NCBI RefSeq assembly: GCF_037042905.1
Contig: NC_087252.1
Coordinates: 10,294,001-10,358,000 of the forward strand
Length of the DNA stretch: 64,000 nucleotides
Direction: 5' to 3'
Source of the DNA: Lytechinus pictus
Lineage: Eukaryota
The translations under genes were made by a program, and so were the position numbers. Positions 12,001 to 26,500 of this stretch are shown one piece after another. Within the stretch, counting starts at the first letter, position 1. Every line of letters starts with the position of its first letter. Under the pieces are notes generated by a model that was given only the letters and a program-made list of their open reading frames with translations, was not told where the DNA came from and ran no database searches.

Positions 12001-15000
12001 AAAGGTCGAAATTTTGTATGCATGTTTTCTTATTTTTTATTGTGTACTTTCCTCGTTTCTCGATGGTAAAGATACGTAATATCAGTTATCTTTCCATCAG
12101 TTATCATTCCCAGACAGGCTAAATTGATTCCATGACATATATTCCGGCGACAGATGCTCCGCTGCAAACTCTACACATTAATGGAATGACCAACTTCAAC
12201 CTTGGATTTAACACTACACCCTATCCTAAGCCTAATCTAAACCATGTAAATCTAACACAAAACCCTATTTCAGTCTTGGACGAAATAAAGCCCGAGACAA
12301 TTTTCGCTGGAGCACATGACGTGCCAAGACGGCTACATGTATTGGGCACCAAATGTACTGACGAATTAAACCTTTACTGTTACAGATTTTTGTCACATAT
12401 TGCTATCCATAGTAAAAATACAACCTTAAACCGGAATTTAAACCAAACCCGAGATCAGAATATGATAGTTTTCGACGTCACTATGTCGGTGACATGACAT
12501 ATTTTGCTCCTTCGACATTTGCTCTGGTCTTAATATATCAGAGGGCATAGGGTTAGAGTTAGGATTGTAATAGAGTTTTTGGTTCAGAATAATGTAAATA
12601 TTATGATAAGGGTTTATGAAGTTTTGGATTCTAGGTTTTGCTCAACGTAGGCCTACAGAATTTCTGTCGAAGTAATTGTCTCTGGAGCAAATGACATGGA
12701 ACCGCTATGTCATGTTATTTAATATAAAAAGCAAAGCAAAAGACGTGGCCATCAGGCGGTGTTATCCTTCAGGTAAGTCAGGGCAAATATCCCAATTGTC
12801 GCAGAGAATTGAACATCCGTTGATGGTAGCCTTCTATCAGCTATTCCTGGGCGCACACGTAAATAGTTGTCATCAATAGTATTCGATATATTTTTTTATG
12901 TTTCAATCTATACATGCAAAATCACATTTGGCCTCCTCCGCGCTTCAGCGATGGAAAAAATGGTTTTGATTGTGAATAGTTTGGCTTCGCTGTTTTTAAT
13001 CTGAACAAAAGATAGTCAAAGATCTCTTCTTTGATTTGAGAGTCTCGCACCACTGGCAAAATATAGTTCAACCTGTCTAAAACATGGATGACAAATGATG
13101 GTATTCATCTCATCCGCAGATGTATGATATTATGCTCATGCTGTGATTATGAATACAGGGAATGCTTTTGGTATGACAATATATTTAACTGTGATATTGG
13201 GTGACGTACCTGGTAAACTATATGAAGGTAAAATGTTTCATGGCTATTTACAGAACTTTCCCTAACATATAATACCTGACAAGCAAGAAAATAGAGGTCT
13301 GCAATCTTCTCACCTCCTCCCTTCCGTTATTACCTTCAACACTGTTAGAAAATGTATCCTTAAGATAAAAGAAGTTCCTGCAGCAGAGTCTCGAGAACAC
13401 CTATAATTTTACCAGATTGGGTAATCTTACAGGACATTGGTATTTGGTGTATGGAACCTTAAAAAAATAAATAAAAGAAAACACCCTTTTCCCCTTTTTA
13501 AACAGACCTGTTCTGTTAAATTGCAGAAAAAATCCTGATTTATGAATTTAGAGAATGATTCTGTTATTGCCTTCTGCAAAAAAAATTCTGTAAAATCAGG
13601 GGATTTTTAAACAGTGAAGGCTTCAGGTGCGCTAGTGTGCGATTACAGTGTAATTATGCATGGCCTATATAAAATAACGAAGCCAACAAATTATAGGATG
13701 TATTGAAGGCCCGGCTGCAAAGTATTGTCAATCTTACTTGTCAATCACATGGAAAATTATCTGAACAACTACAACACCCCCACTGTAAAAAGCTTATTAT
13801 CGTATTATGAAGCGAAAATCTTGTTTGATGGCGTGATGGTGTGTTAAAGGTCAAGTCCACCTAAGAGAATGTTGAATTGAATAAATAGAGAAATATCAAA
13901 CCAGCAAAACGCTGAAATTTCATCGAAATCGGATGTAAGATAAGAAATTTAAAGTTTCGCTTATCTTTCACAAAACAGTTATATGCACAACTCAGTGGCA
14001 TGAAAATGAGACAGCCGATGATGTCCCCCAGTATTTTCTTTTTCTTTTTTTATTGTTTGAATTAATTCAATATTTCATTTTTTATAGATTAGACAATAAT
14101 GACCGACTTGACTGAACCATATTTTATTCAAGCAATGCTGATTCCACATGTTCGGGGGGAATTAGTTTTTGTACCACTTAACAATGAGGAGAAAATTAGA
14201 ATGTTTCAAACATTTAATATAGTAAAATACAAAAGATACGGGGAGTGGATGACGTCATCAGTCTCCCTCATTTGCATACCGTCCAAGATGTGCATATAAC
14301 GGTTTTGTAAAATTAAGCGAAGCCTTAAAATGCGTTTGGGGTAGAATGGTCCTTTAAGCGGTAGAGCAATTTTTAATGAAAATCTTTCTGTTCACAAGTT
14401 ACTTCCTTTATACCAGGACCCTTCCGCAAGAATCTCGTTATCATTAGCAACCGAATTAACCAGCGGGAGACTCGGAGCGATTTGTACTAGATGGGGGTGC
14501 TGGTGGGGGATGTCAAGCCCCCCAAAAAGGTTTACACTCCAAAATGAAGGTGATCCTCGTCAGAAGTAACACAAAATACAACTGTAAAAAATAGAGAAAT
14601 TCACTGCAAAATGAAGGTGATTTTGGTCAAAATCTACATTTTAGCATACCAATCTGATTCGGGGTGCTGCCTTAAGGCCACCGCACACCTTACGACTGGC
14701 CTGCGACCCGATTTCAGAATAAAATGTAATAGAATTTGATGCTAATATTGAGACTTGGAATATCTTACTGTGTAATGTTCGAAATCATCGTACGAATACC
14801 TATGATCAAATTTGTGACTATGCTATCATCCTTCTTAGAATAAAAGCGAATTTAATATCTAGTCGTAATGACGTCATAGCAGTCTTACGATTGGCCACGA
14901 TTTGAACCTAATTTGGACTTTACTCCAAAATAAGGACTTGCAATCTTTCAAAATTGTTATAATATTATTATTTCAATTAATTTCAACCTCAAATAAAATG

Positions 15001-18000
15001 ATATGTTCCATTCACATCTTCAGAAAATGAGCAAAATGCGATTTGTTCCTAAATCGGGTCGCAGACCAGTCGTAAGGTGTGCGGTCGCCTTTAGGCTTAG
15101 TATGGTGCATAACATACGCCTCACCCCCGCTTCCCAGGGATATGTTGAGAAGCTGCTGTCATAAGCTACTGAAATAAGACGATATGATTGGCTGAGAATT
15201 ATTTAGTTGATCAAAAATATCTATGAAAAATGGGCGTTCGTATCACCTCAATCTAGATCACTCCTTTTGGCGTTAGTAGTTCAATTGTCACACAATATGC
15301 CGACATCAGTTGAAAAAAAGTTAACAATAAAAAGGGGGCAGACATGACCTCCGAAGGTTGACTGATGGCAATGAACTATTGTAATTTTTAGGCTTCAAAC
15401 TTTCAAAAAGAATGTCAATATGGTCCGACTGGAGAATATTTTACAAACGTTTGCCATCAGCAACTCAGATCAGGTGAAGAAGGTCTGTGCAGGTTATGCT
15501 TGTTGAGAATGGAATAGGACAATTTGTTCCACAGCTTTTTTGTCAGAATGATACCTTGATTAAATATTACTTTTTTAAGTACGAGACATGTATAATTCTA
15601 GGGGTTTTTCGTTCTGAGTATGGAGAGGGCCGTAGCAAGGTCAATACCAGTCTCCATCAAGCTTTCGGGCACATGCCCTTCATCAGGATCTAAACCAATA
15701 TATAAAATACAAAATATAGGCCTACTAATAACAATGGTAAATACAATACAATGCAATATATAACGGAGATAAGTAATTATAGTTCATAAATCATAATCAG
15801 TTATTCATATAAGGTAATGGTGAGTCAATGTGTAACGAAGTATAGAATATATAGTTACCGTAAGGTACGTAAGTAAGTGTATTGTAAGTAAGTGAACTCA
15901 TCCCTGCACACCTGACCTCACTTCACACTTAACTTTACTGTCAACAATACACTTAAACCCTTTTTACACACGCTAAAATGTCCTTAACCCCGTACTATAG
16001 GTGGGGCTATATTGCCATTTAGCCCCACCTATAGTACGGGGTTAAGCTTAGCCCACTTTCTTTTTACACAGCATTTTTGCAAAGTGGGCTAACCCCACCT
16101 TTAGTACGGGATTATTTGGCCCTGCAAAAAAGCAGGGTTATCCCAGCAATTGCGGTGCTAAGAGCGATAGTACGGGGTTAAGATCGCTAGTGTAAAGCGA
16201 AAGTGGGCTAAGCTTAACCCCGTACTATAGGTGGGGCTAAATGGCAATTTAGCCCCACCTATAGTACGGGGTTAAGGAAATTTTAGCGTGTGTAAAAAGG
16301 TACGAGTAAATGAGCTACCACAAGTCCGGGGTTAGCGAGTTTCGTGTGTGAAAAGCAAGCATTCCTTATTCGGGGTTAGCAATAACAATTTGGCATGTGT
16401 GAAAAGGAAAAAAAATAGTGCGGGGTTAAGGATAGTACGGGGTTAGCGATAGTCCGGGGCTAAGAAAATCCTGTGTAAAAAGGGTATTACTTACGGTAAC
16501 TAAATATTTTACACATTGACTCACCATTACCTTATATGAATAACTGGTTATGATTTATGAACTATAATTACTAATCTCCGTTATATATTGCATATATATA
16601 TATATATCAGTCGCTGATGAGCCTTAGGGTGAAACAGTCTATACGACTAGCTTAGTTAAGCAATCCAACCAATAAATTATTTATACTCAGCTCCTACACA
16701 GTCTAGCACTATTAGATATTGCAGTATATAACTACTTACTTACCTTAACTTAACTTATCTGTTATATTATATAGTCTATGTGGATTCGCCTTCAGAGATT
16801 GCATTAATCATCTGGCTCTCTGATTAAACCGAAATTCTTGCTGCAGCTCTGATCCAACTACGTCATGATAGAAAAAATCTAGAAAATACATCAAGCGCAT
16901 TCTTCATGCAATCGACGCGTTAACACTAGCGCGTATATCAAATAAACAACCTAATTACGCAACTTGTAAGCAGCGAGTGACGTACCTAGTAAAACGCCGC
17001 AATTGACAATACAACGCATTTATATTCACTGTGGTGACGTCAAAACCTTGAATATAACAAATGCGATCCTCGTAGCTATGGTCACGTGATGGCGTATTGA
17101 CCTATCACTGATTCGAATCTACATACACTATGTAATATATATATGTATTGATTGATTGATGACAAATTAATTTCATTCCAAAATTTCAACAAAGTTACAA
17201 AGTAAAGTAAAGTAAAATCTAACATAACGTTATGAAATGAAATATATATATATATCAACATTAACTTATAACGTTGGATTTTGTAACCTTTAGATTTTTT
17301 GTTTCGTAATATCATGATCAATATAATAATGATATAGGGTATTTATTTTGCGCACATATCCACCTTGTTAGGTGCTCAAGGCGCTCCTATTACCCGGCTA
17401 AGCTAGGCGTTCATAGCGCACACAACTTTTTAAGGAATTACTTCCTACCGGTACCCATTTACCTCACCTGGGTTGAGTGCAGCACATTATGGATCAGTTT
17501 CTTGCCGAATGAAATTACGCCATGGCTGGGATTCGAACCCACGACCCTCTGTTTCAAAGTCCGAAGACTAATCTACTGGGCCACAACGCTCCATTATCAA
17601 TATCAATATCAAATATAGTGGCACAATAGATCCCCATTGAGCAAAGAGAAGCATCATAACATGTGAATAATTTCGAGTATAAATCCCGGGAGGCCACTTA
17701 CATTGACGAGTGGATACCATGCGCGACCCAAAAAACATTTAAAAAGGATGTCTCTTTCTTACTTTACGTACGTACGTAATAAGGGGGTCAAAAACACTAA
17801 AATAATGAAAAAAAGAGTATCTATTTTTGCTAGAAAAACCTACGTGTCTAGGGTCAAATTTGCGAGGGTAAAATAAATTAAGACTAAAATTTTTAAAGGA
17901 TGTACTTTTTGCCCCAATTTAAAGGTCAACACAACGTGTTTAGGGTACGATTGGCGCGAGGTGTGGGAGGTGGGGCTGTGCTAAACCCAATGAAGTAGGT

Positions 18001-21000
18001 AAAACCGACGACCGACGTCTGTGACATATAACAATTCAAATATCGCTGCACTTGTTTAGGGGTTCAATTCAGGGCATACTTGCCAAGAGTATCGTTTTGT
18101 TTCCAATACTTGTTAAGGGTAAGGTTTTACACGCCAAATACTTGTTAAGGGGTGCATTTTCAGTATATGGAAAATACGTGTTTAGGGTGCTTTTCGAGAC
18201 CCCGTGGTCGCGCATGGTATCCACTCGTGAATGGAAGTGCCCCCCCCCCGGGGTATAAATACGCTTCTTTTACTGAATAAATGGTAACCTTTTATAGCAA
18301 GGAATGCCCATCCACACATAACCACATAGGAAAATTTATGAACTTTGAAAGGCACACAGCAACCAGAATCTGACCCTTGTACATAAACTTGGACCATCCA
18401 GGCACCGATGTCATGGCAACTATGCCATCTGTTCAATGCACTCTTAATTCCTTTTTTGAGTATCTTTTACTTGTCGTCATGTGTGGAATTTAGTGTTACC
18501 CTTTGGTGTCCCTTGTTTATAATATCCTACCTTTTAGGACCAACAGACGCCTCGCATTGTACGAAAATATGATAAATTACTCTTGGTTTTTGTTTGTCAA
18601 AAATAAAATTTATATGAACTGTCATTTTTCGAAATCTTAGAATTATGATGATCAGGTCATCAAATTTAAATTCATTGTCATATATTTGTGAATCACTATT
18701 CCTCTAGAAGCCGTAAAAAATTGATACACAATGCAATTCTTGACGAAAATTTCGTTGGTACGTCACACATTCCAAAGTTTGTTGGGGATTTTTGGTTAAG
18801 AAAAACATAATTCTCATTTGCCTATCATTTTATGGATTTTCAAAAACCCCTTTTATTCAGTATTCATGTTTTTTTTTTTTCAAATTCCACTTTACAACAG
18901 GTTGCTTGTGAATTTAGAATTTCGTGAACGATAAAATTTTAGAGGTTTGGGAAATAGTCTGCATGTTCAGACATCAACTGACCAGTTTAATCAACAGGTG
19001 GATAATGGGCAAAGTCTAGCAAAGGTTATATGCCAAGTTCAAAGACCAGCTATATATGCGTTAGATTTTCCGTGACTCGGCGTTTGATCACAGGCATATA
19101 TTTTGGGGATAGCCTGTGATACAAGCATTGGCGGCGGAAGCATGAAAATTCAGGGGCGGGACGGGAAAAAAAATTTCACCCGTATTTTCCGAGTCTGCTG
19201 CTAAAAGCTGTTGTTCATATTTTTTGCTTACAGGGTAGTCTACACTAAAATCTAAGTACATCTTAGTTAAACATGATGAGATATCTAACAAGGCAGGCGC
19301 ATTTACATGATTTTGCACCCCGTGGGCCCTACCTGATTTTGGTGCCATTGTGTACTTTTCAAAAATGGCGCCCCATGAACATGAATGATGAACAGGATAG
19401 TATCTAAATAAACCTTTTTTGCGAGCGCGAAGCGCGAGCTGGAAATTTTTGATAACCTGACCTAAAATTTTGACATTCTGAGCACTTTGGGTCTTCAAGA
19501 AGGATGGGTTCATATCTAAACAATAATTGATGTGAACATTTTTGATATTCTGACCTAAAATATAGACATTCCAAGCACTTTTGATAATCATGAACAGAAT
19601 GGACAAAATGTAAACTAAACATTTTATGCGAGCGCGTAGCTCGAGCGGAACTTTTTATATATATATTCTAAAGCACTTTTTTTTACCATGAACAGGATGG
19701 GTATCTATCTAAACAACTGATGAAATCGCGAAGCCCGAGCTAAAAATATATTGATTTTCTGACCTAAAATATTGACATTCTAAGCACTTTTGTTCATCAT
19801 GAGTAGGATGGGCATCTAACTAAACAGTTTATGCGAGCGCGTAGTGCGAGCTCAAAATGTGTGTTATTCCGGCCCAAAACTGGACATTCTAAGTACTTTT
19901 GTGACCATAAAAAGGATGGGTATCTATCTAAACAATTGATGCGAGCGCGAAGCGCGAGCTTAAAATTTTTTGGTAATCTGACCTAAATTTGGACATTCTG
20001 AGCACGTTTGGTAATCATGAACAGAATGGCTATCTAACTAAACATTTTATTTTAGAGCAAAGCGCGAGCTGAACATTTTTGATATTCCGACCCACACCTC
20101 AAAATTTTAATATACTTATTATGACCATGAACTGGTTGGGGTCTATCTAAACCATTTATTCGAGCGCGAAGCGCGAGCTGAAAAAAATTATATTCTGAAC
20201 TAAAACCTCGGATTCTAAAGCACTTTTTGAAGCGATTAATAGGATGGTCATGTTACTAAATAATTGATGCGAGGAACGAAATGAAAATAAGTGATATACT
20301 GACTTGAAACGGTAACACTTGAAATACTGTTTTCTGTAATACATGAAGATAATACGTATCTCAGTACATTTGCCTGTCAAATAATGGCAGTGCGTAGCGC
20401 TAGCTGATTCTTTTTATATTCAGTACTTTTTGTAAGCATAATCAGAATGCAATGGAAACTCGAATCGCAAGCAAAATAATTTTTGCATGTTGACTTTAAA
20501 AGTTGATAGGCCTATTCTAAGCTCCATGGTATCCTATGATGAGCAGATTACTGTATCTCACTTATTCACAGGGAATGCGAGCGCGAAGTGTGAGCGAAAT
20601 TTTCTTTTTTATGTAATGACCCGATATTTTTTTTCACTTTCCAATTATCCCCTCCCCTTTTTTTATTCACATGTCTGGTTCTTATCTTGCTCTCTTCACT
20701 TTTTTTTACATATTTTCTTCTTCGTGGTGCGAAAAAAACTGTTTTGATGGTTGTCAAGTTTTTCTGAACAAAATCGCATTGGGAGAGAGTTTAAAATTTG
20801 TGCATTTTCCATAGTAAAAACTGTCATTTTTTACTATTCTATATATAGGTTTTAATATGTCTTTGTTTCAGCTGTTCAGTTTACTTGTTATCTTTTTCCT
20901 CTTGCTTTCTTTTCTTCTTTCTTTCTTTACTTTCTTTCTTTCTTCCTTCTTTCTTCCTCCTTCTTTTCTTCCTTCCTTCCTTTTTTCTTTCTCTCTTTTT

Positions 21001-23516
21001 TTAGGGGGGACCGTCCCCTCCTCCTAAAATTTAGGGGGGACGTGTCCCCCCTGCCCCCCCCCCCCCCCCCCCCGCTGCCACCGCCTATGGATACAGGCGT
21101 GAGGAGGGAATTCGGGGATGAGCAATAGTCCCTCAGGCAGGAGTCTCACGCCTATAAAGCGTGAAACTTGGTTTATCAGAATTAAAAGTTCAAATTTGTT
21201 GAGACGATTTTGTATTTAGATGAGCCATAGGCCTAATGGTGACCTAAATTCAGCTACCTTTGTCTGCAAATTCAGTCCACTTTCTGCAAAACGGAGATTT
21301 ATGCCTTAAAACTCCTCGCTGAATTAGAGAATGTCTTATTTGACCCTTGACCCCACGCGTCGTGTATCATTCAGTCCACAGGTCCATGTCTAATGCTGTT
21401 TACCCTAAAGAATAATCTGATAACAAACATGGATAGTATCAGAACTCGCTTGAGCATGATGGGAAATAAACCACTGAATGGCACCTGCGTGGAGTTTTCC
21501 AACCGTCCAAAACGATTTGAACACTTTTGTAGACATGTATTTCGAGTGACGTCCCTTCATTATCAGGTGTCTCTATCCGTGCCTTGTCATTACGTAAATT
21601 AAAAGAATTTCAATTTGGAGAGACTATCCACCCTTTCACATGGTAAAACAGTCGTAATTTGAATGATGATTCCAGTGAAAAATAACTCTAATGACGAATT
21701 TTTAGCACGTGTGAAACTAAACTAGAATCACGAAGGCTAGTCACAATCACGAATTCAAATGCTACTCCGGCCGGAGGTGAATTCCACTGAGTTTCACTCA
21801 AATTACGGTACAGATTTTATGTGTGAAAGGCTTGACCTCCAAAATATCTTTTGGGGGCGGAGCATACGTGGCCTTTCAAGCACTTCCGTAGATTATAGAC
21901 CAGTTCGTAGTTACTTCTGGACAATTTTGGTCAAATGACCTTTCATTTCTTTCATTATGATAGGCAGATTTCAAAGCAAGATATTACGTAAGCTTGCCTT
22001 ACATAGCAGGATGAAGAAATTGAATAGACCAGCACACCAATGAACACTTTATGAAGGTATTTGTTGCATTCCTACTTTGAATGCATATCATAGCATGTTG
22101 CACAATGTACTTGGCAAACTGTGGAATACCAGTCGTTCGTGGACGCATTGGTGTTTTTTGTGGATGTAAATGAAAACCACAATTCAAAAGAATATATGAA
22201 TCATCAAGACATTAAAGTTGGTGCTTATCTCATTAGATTTTAAACCACCATGTCACGTTAGTACAAATTACCTTCCTCTGATCATGCGTAGAATATTTTG
22301 ATCATGCGCAGAAAGGAACTATGCACTCATCGTATCGATGCAGTGCTTTGATTGACAAGTCACCAAGGACACATACCGCCTTCGCTCGGGAATTCAAATT
22401 CAGATCACAGTTTTCGAGTTAGCGTGTAAAAGGCCCGATGATTCTACAGACGAATTGCAATCATCAAAACGATGATGATTCAAGATTCACGTGTGGAAAG
22501 GCCCTATAGCGAATGGCTTGAATCATAGATAGCCACCCTATCTACTTATTAGACCGACATTTTCTTAACACGATATCAGTCGACTCGATTTTATAAATGT
22601 TATTTAGTATGCCGTACAATCATGTCATAATTAGTTTAATATGGGCCTATTGTGCAAAACGATAAATTTTGTTTCAACGAAATTGGAATGTCACCCCTGC
22701 ATTGATCAGTTAAGCTGCAGAACGCTCTGTGCATGCAAACATTTTTATTTGGTTGAAAAAATGATATTGAAATTATGCAATCCATGACCTAATATTTATT
22801 GGTATTTGACTTCTCGAATATTTAAAATATTCTGGTGACGGAGTTCTTTTTTTTTTAAGTTAATATAGGAAATAAGATTGAAAGGTTGCAGTTGTAAACT
22901 ACAATCGCAGTATTTTATCTACAGTCAACTAACTAGGACACGGTTCGCAATTTCTAATTAATATTGGCGGCGAAAACCGATTGAAAAGTACATTCAACTT
23001 ATCAGAATCCCTAAGAACGATCAGGAAACTGGCAATTAGAGCCAAGAAGATGGAATAAGCATATATAAGTTCAGGGATTTAGTCCTGATATTTCAAATCG
23101 ATTCCGATTTTGATGGAATATTTGTCTTTTTCGAGGACTGCAAACTCAGCTCATCGTTTTTATGTTTTCTTCGCATACCTTTTCCAATCCCTTAGAAAAA
23201 AAATTGTTAACATAATGTGGATTTAATCTCTGTGCGGGTAGTGCGTCGACAGTAGATCTTGATGTTGACTTGTATTCCGGCTTGCTTTGCATGGCCGCCT
23301 ATGCATAGCAAATACAATAAACTCTTCTTACCGCAAAGCAAAATCTGATTATTTGAATCATATTAAATACTATGGCCTCTCAGTGTCCAGGACGGGAATA
23401 CTTTTTTATATTATCGGGACCCGATGATTTTGAAGATACCCATGCAGCTTATACCAGTTGATGCTCTCGTTTACTGACAGAAGGAAGTAAGTCTGTGGAA
23501 TTATACCCCGTTTAGA

Positions 23517-23547
<31 letters not shown>

Positions 23548-26500
23548 GGTGTCACGCTGGACAATTAGAATATAATGTGCCATTGTTTTATGTGGAAATA
23601 TACATGTAACTTGTTTCAATTTTGAAACGACCCCGTCTATAATTCAGAAATTGGAGCTATGTGACCTCACTTCTTTTAGCACTATCATGACTATATGTAG
23701 AACATGCAGAAATATACCAAATCAAGAAAAAATCAGTTTCGATAAAAAAAATCGGGGTCTGCTTCCTTAAAAAACAATAAGAGAACAAATTTTTTTAAAC
23801 GCTCGAGGAATGTTTTTTTTTTTACGATCTCATTTTTTATTATGTTTTATTACTTCAGTCCAATTCAAAAAATTAACATAATATTGACATTCATTAAAAA
23901 GGGTGGCAAGAGCCAATACACAGCATTCAAATTCAATGCTTTTGTTTCATGTTCTAGCCCTATTTCATTCCATCAGCTAGTCAGAAGAGGGATACAGAAC
24001 TGAAAGTTTCATCTTGTTTGACATGTTTGATGGTATTTTCGATGAGAAGTCGATGTTTAGGCTAACGTCTTTAAATATATATCTCAAGACCTATCATTAG
24101 TTGATGCAGGCCTAATTAAAGAAAAGGCCTTTTTTTTCTTCTTGACTGAAAAAAATCACTTGTTCGTGCTAAGTAAGTTTACGAAATTCCCGTTTCTTGG
24201 GGAAGAATTGGAATGTAGGCCTATAGAGCTGAAACTCTTCCGTGACAAGTTTCTGCATATCCTTGATTCTGTCCCTCCCGCCTGTATTACCAATCTATCA
24301 GGTGATTTTGGGGGAAACTTTACACTGAATCCACAGACCCTCGAGTTATTTCATCATAAATTAAACTTGGCATCTCTCCTCTTGGGCTCCCGTTTCTCTT
24401 TCATTTGAATCATTTTAATAGGGGGTTGAAATCTGAGAGCATGGAGCTTGAGTATCATGTACGGAGTTCAGAAGTTGACGACGCAAAAATGCGATGGTAA
24501 AAAGTACATTTGGAGTAGAGCAGAAGGCGTTTCAGATCTCTGCGAGAATTTCAGGCATATACTTTAATAGGCCTTCATTCATTTGTTCTAGAAGCAAACC
24601 ATATCTGGTCTGTTATCAATCTGGTTTAATTGCCATTTCGTCTACATTATACTTTGCCTAAAACTCACTTGGTTTAATTGTCATTTATTCTAATGTCCAG
24701 ATGTTATTTTCTCCACTTCGTTAACTAATTACTTTGCTCTCTGCCAAATGAATACTAGTATATGATTCAGAAACAGTTCGTCTTTTCAAATAGACATGGT
24801 TTTAACCAATTAAATATTGTCTAATCTATCGGAAAGAAAACATAATTGTAAATGGGATAAATTTGATTTACAAACAGTGCATCCAATCAATGATTTATTA
24901 TGTACTGAAATAGCAATGGTTTCAAAGAAAGAATTAACGATGAAGATGATTATGATGACAAAGGTGATGATAATAATGATAATGATGATGATAATAATCA
25001 TTATGACTGTATAGATTAATGATGATGATTTTCAATAACATTATTAGGCCTATATCAAAACATTTGAATTATTTTTTCTTCTTCTTTTTAGTGCTTCTCC
25101 CTGCTTTTCGAAAACAATATTTGTAATACCTATGTGAGTACCAAAAATATCAATACACTGCTGGTAAATAAGATAATTTGCCTTGGTTCTTAATAAAGTT
25201 GAGTCTAAAGTTGATGAAACGTAGAATGACCCTTCATAACCAATCACAAAACAAACAAAACACATTTTGCAAAAAAAAAGTCACAGACATATTTCTTCCA
25301 AAACGAATCTACATACCTCGCATCACACCACCCGCGTATCCCTCAGTACGTGACCTTATTAGGAGCCTTTGACCTCTGACCCCGAGGTGTAGCCACACCC
25401 ACTGCTTCTCAGTGGTTGTAAGTTTTCTGTCCAATGAGAATGCACGCTGGGTTTGTGTTTGATCGATGTGAATGGGTGTGATGAATGGGGCGATCAAGGG
25501 GCTCAGCGAAAATGACAGGAGCAGCTGTGGAGGAGGCGCTGACGTTACTTGGCAGTAGGAGAAAAGCGAGTTCCTACCTTCAATGATCATACGATGCGAT
25601 TCAAGACGGTTGATAAAATTGATACTACCACCATACAACGAAAAAACCTCAAAAATATAAAGCTTTACTTTACATTGGAGAAATGGTTCAAGTAAGAAAT
25701 AAAATGTTGAATCCTCATGCCATAGCTGTGGAAGGAATTTGTGTAATGACTATTGATATTAGATGGGAAAACAAACAGGTGTTTTTGTCGAAAAGCGAAA
25801 ATTGGTATGACCGACGTTGGAATAGCAACATTCACAAAACAAAATATTTGAAATACAGACCTACTTACTCGTCTATAGAGGAAGAGATCTGATAATGAGC
25901 GAAAGCAGATCTGCTGATAAAGAACTTGGTCTTTGAGCGAAAACTTAAATATTAGCACGATGGGAGCAAAGTAGGCAAAACAAAAAGGAAATTGTATATG
26001 CGTGATGTGAAAAAACGAAGAGAATGGGTGAATGGGTGTGGTTTTTGATGTGACGGATTAGATGTGTGTGTTGGGGAAGGGGGTGGGTGAATGAATCCCA
26101 AAGAGCGTTGGAAGAACATAAGATAACTAGAAGAATGAAGGGGAGAGTAGTCAGAAACTTTTTATCGATTTTAAGTCAGTTCAAACTCTTGTAATTGATT
26201 GTGAATTTGCAATTTATCGTTAATCTGCTTAGTTGCAAATATTTGCTATTTTATCGCTATCTCGGTTTTTCTTTTCCATCTAAAATCAATCCGTTGCAAG
26301 AATTTATTGATTGCAACTTATACTTCTTTACCACTAATGGAAAGATTGCCATGTGTAAACTGAATACGTATTAAAGGCCTATAAAGATAGCTTCATGCTA
26401 CGTGGTAGACACACATCTGATAAGAATGTAATAGAAACCTATGGGTAATATAATACTTCTGTCTAGTTGTTGATACTCCTACCGAGTCAGTAGCGTCACA

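Noticed and set aside
17520..17592. tRNA-like sequences (also ~43130-43195, 52995-53075, 60001-60075)
   Set aside because: Imperfect cloverleaves that continue into SINE bodies; not tRNA genes.
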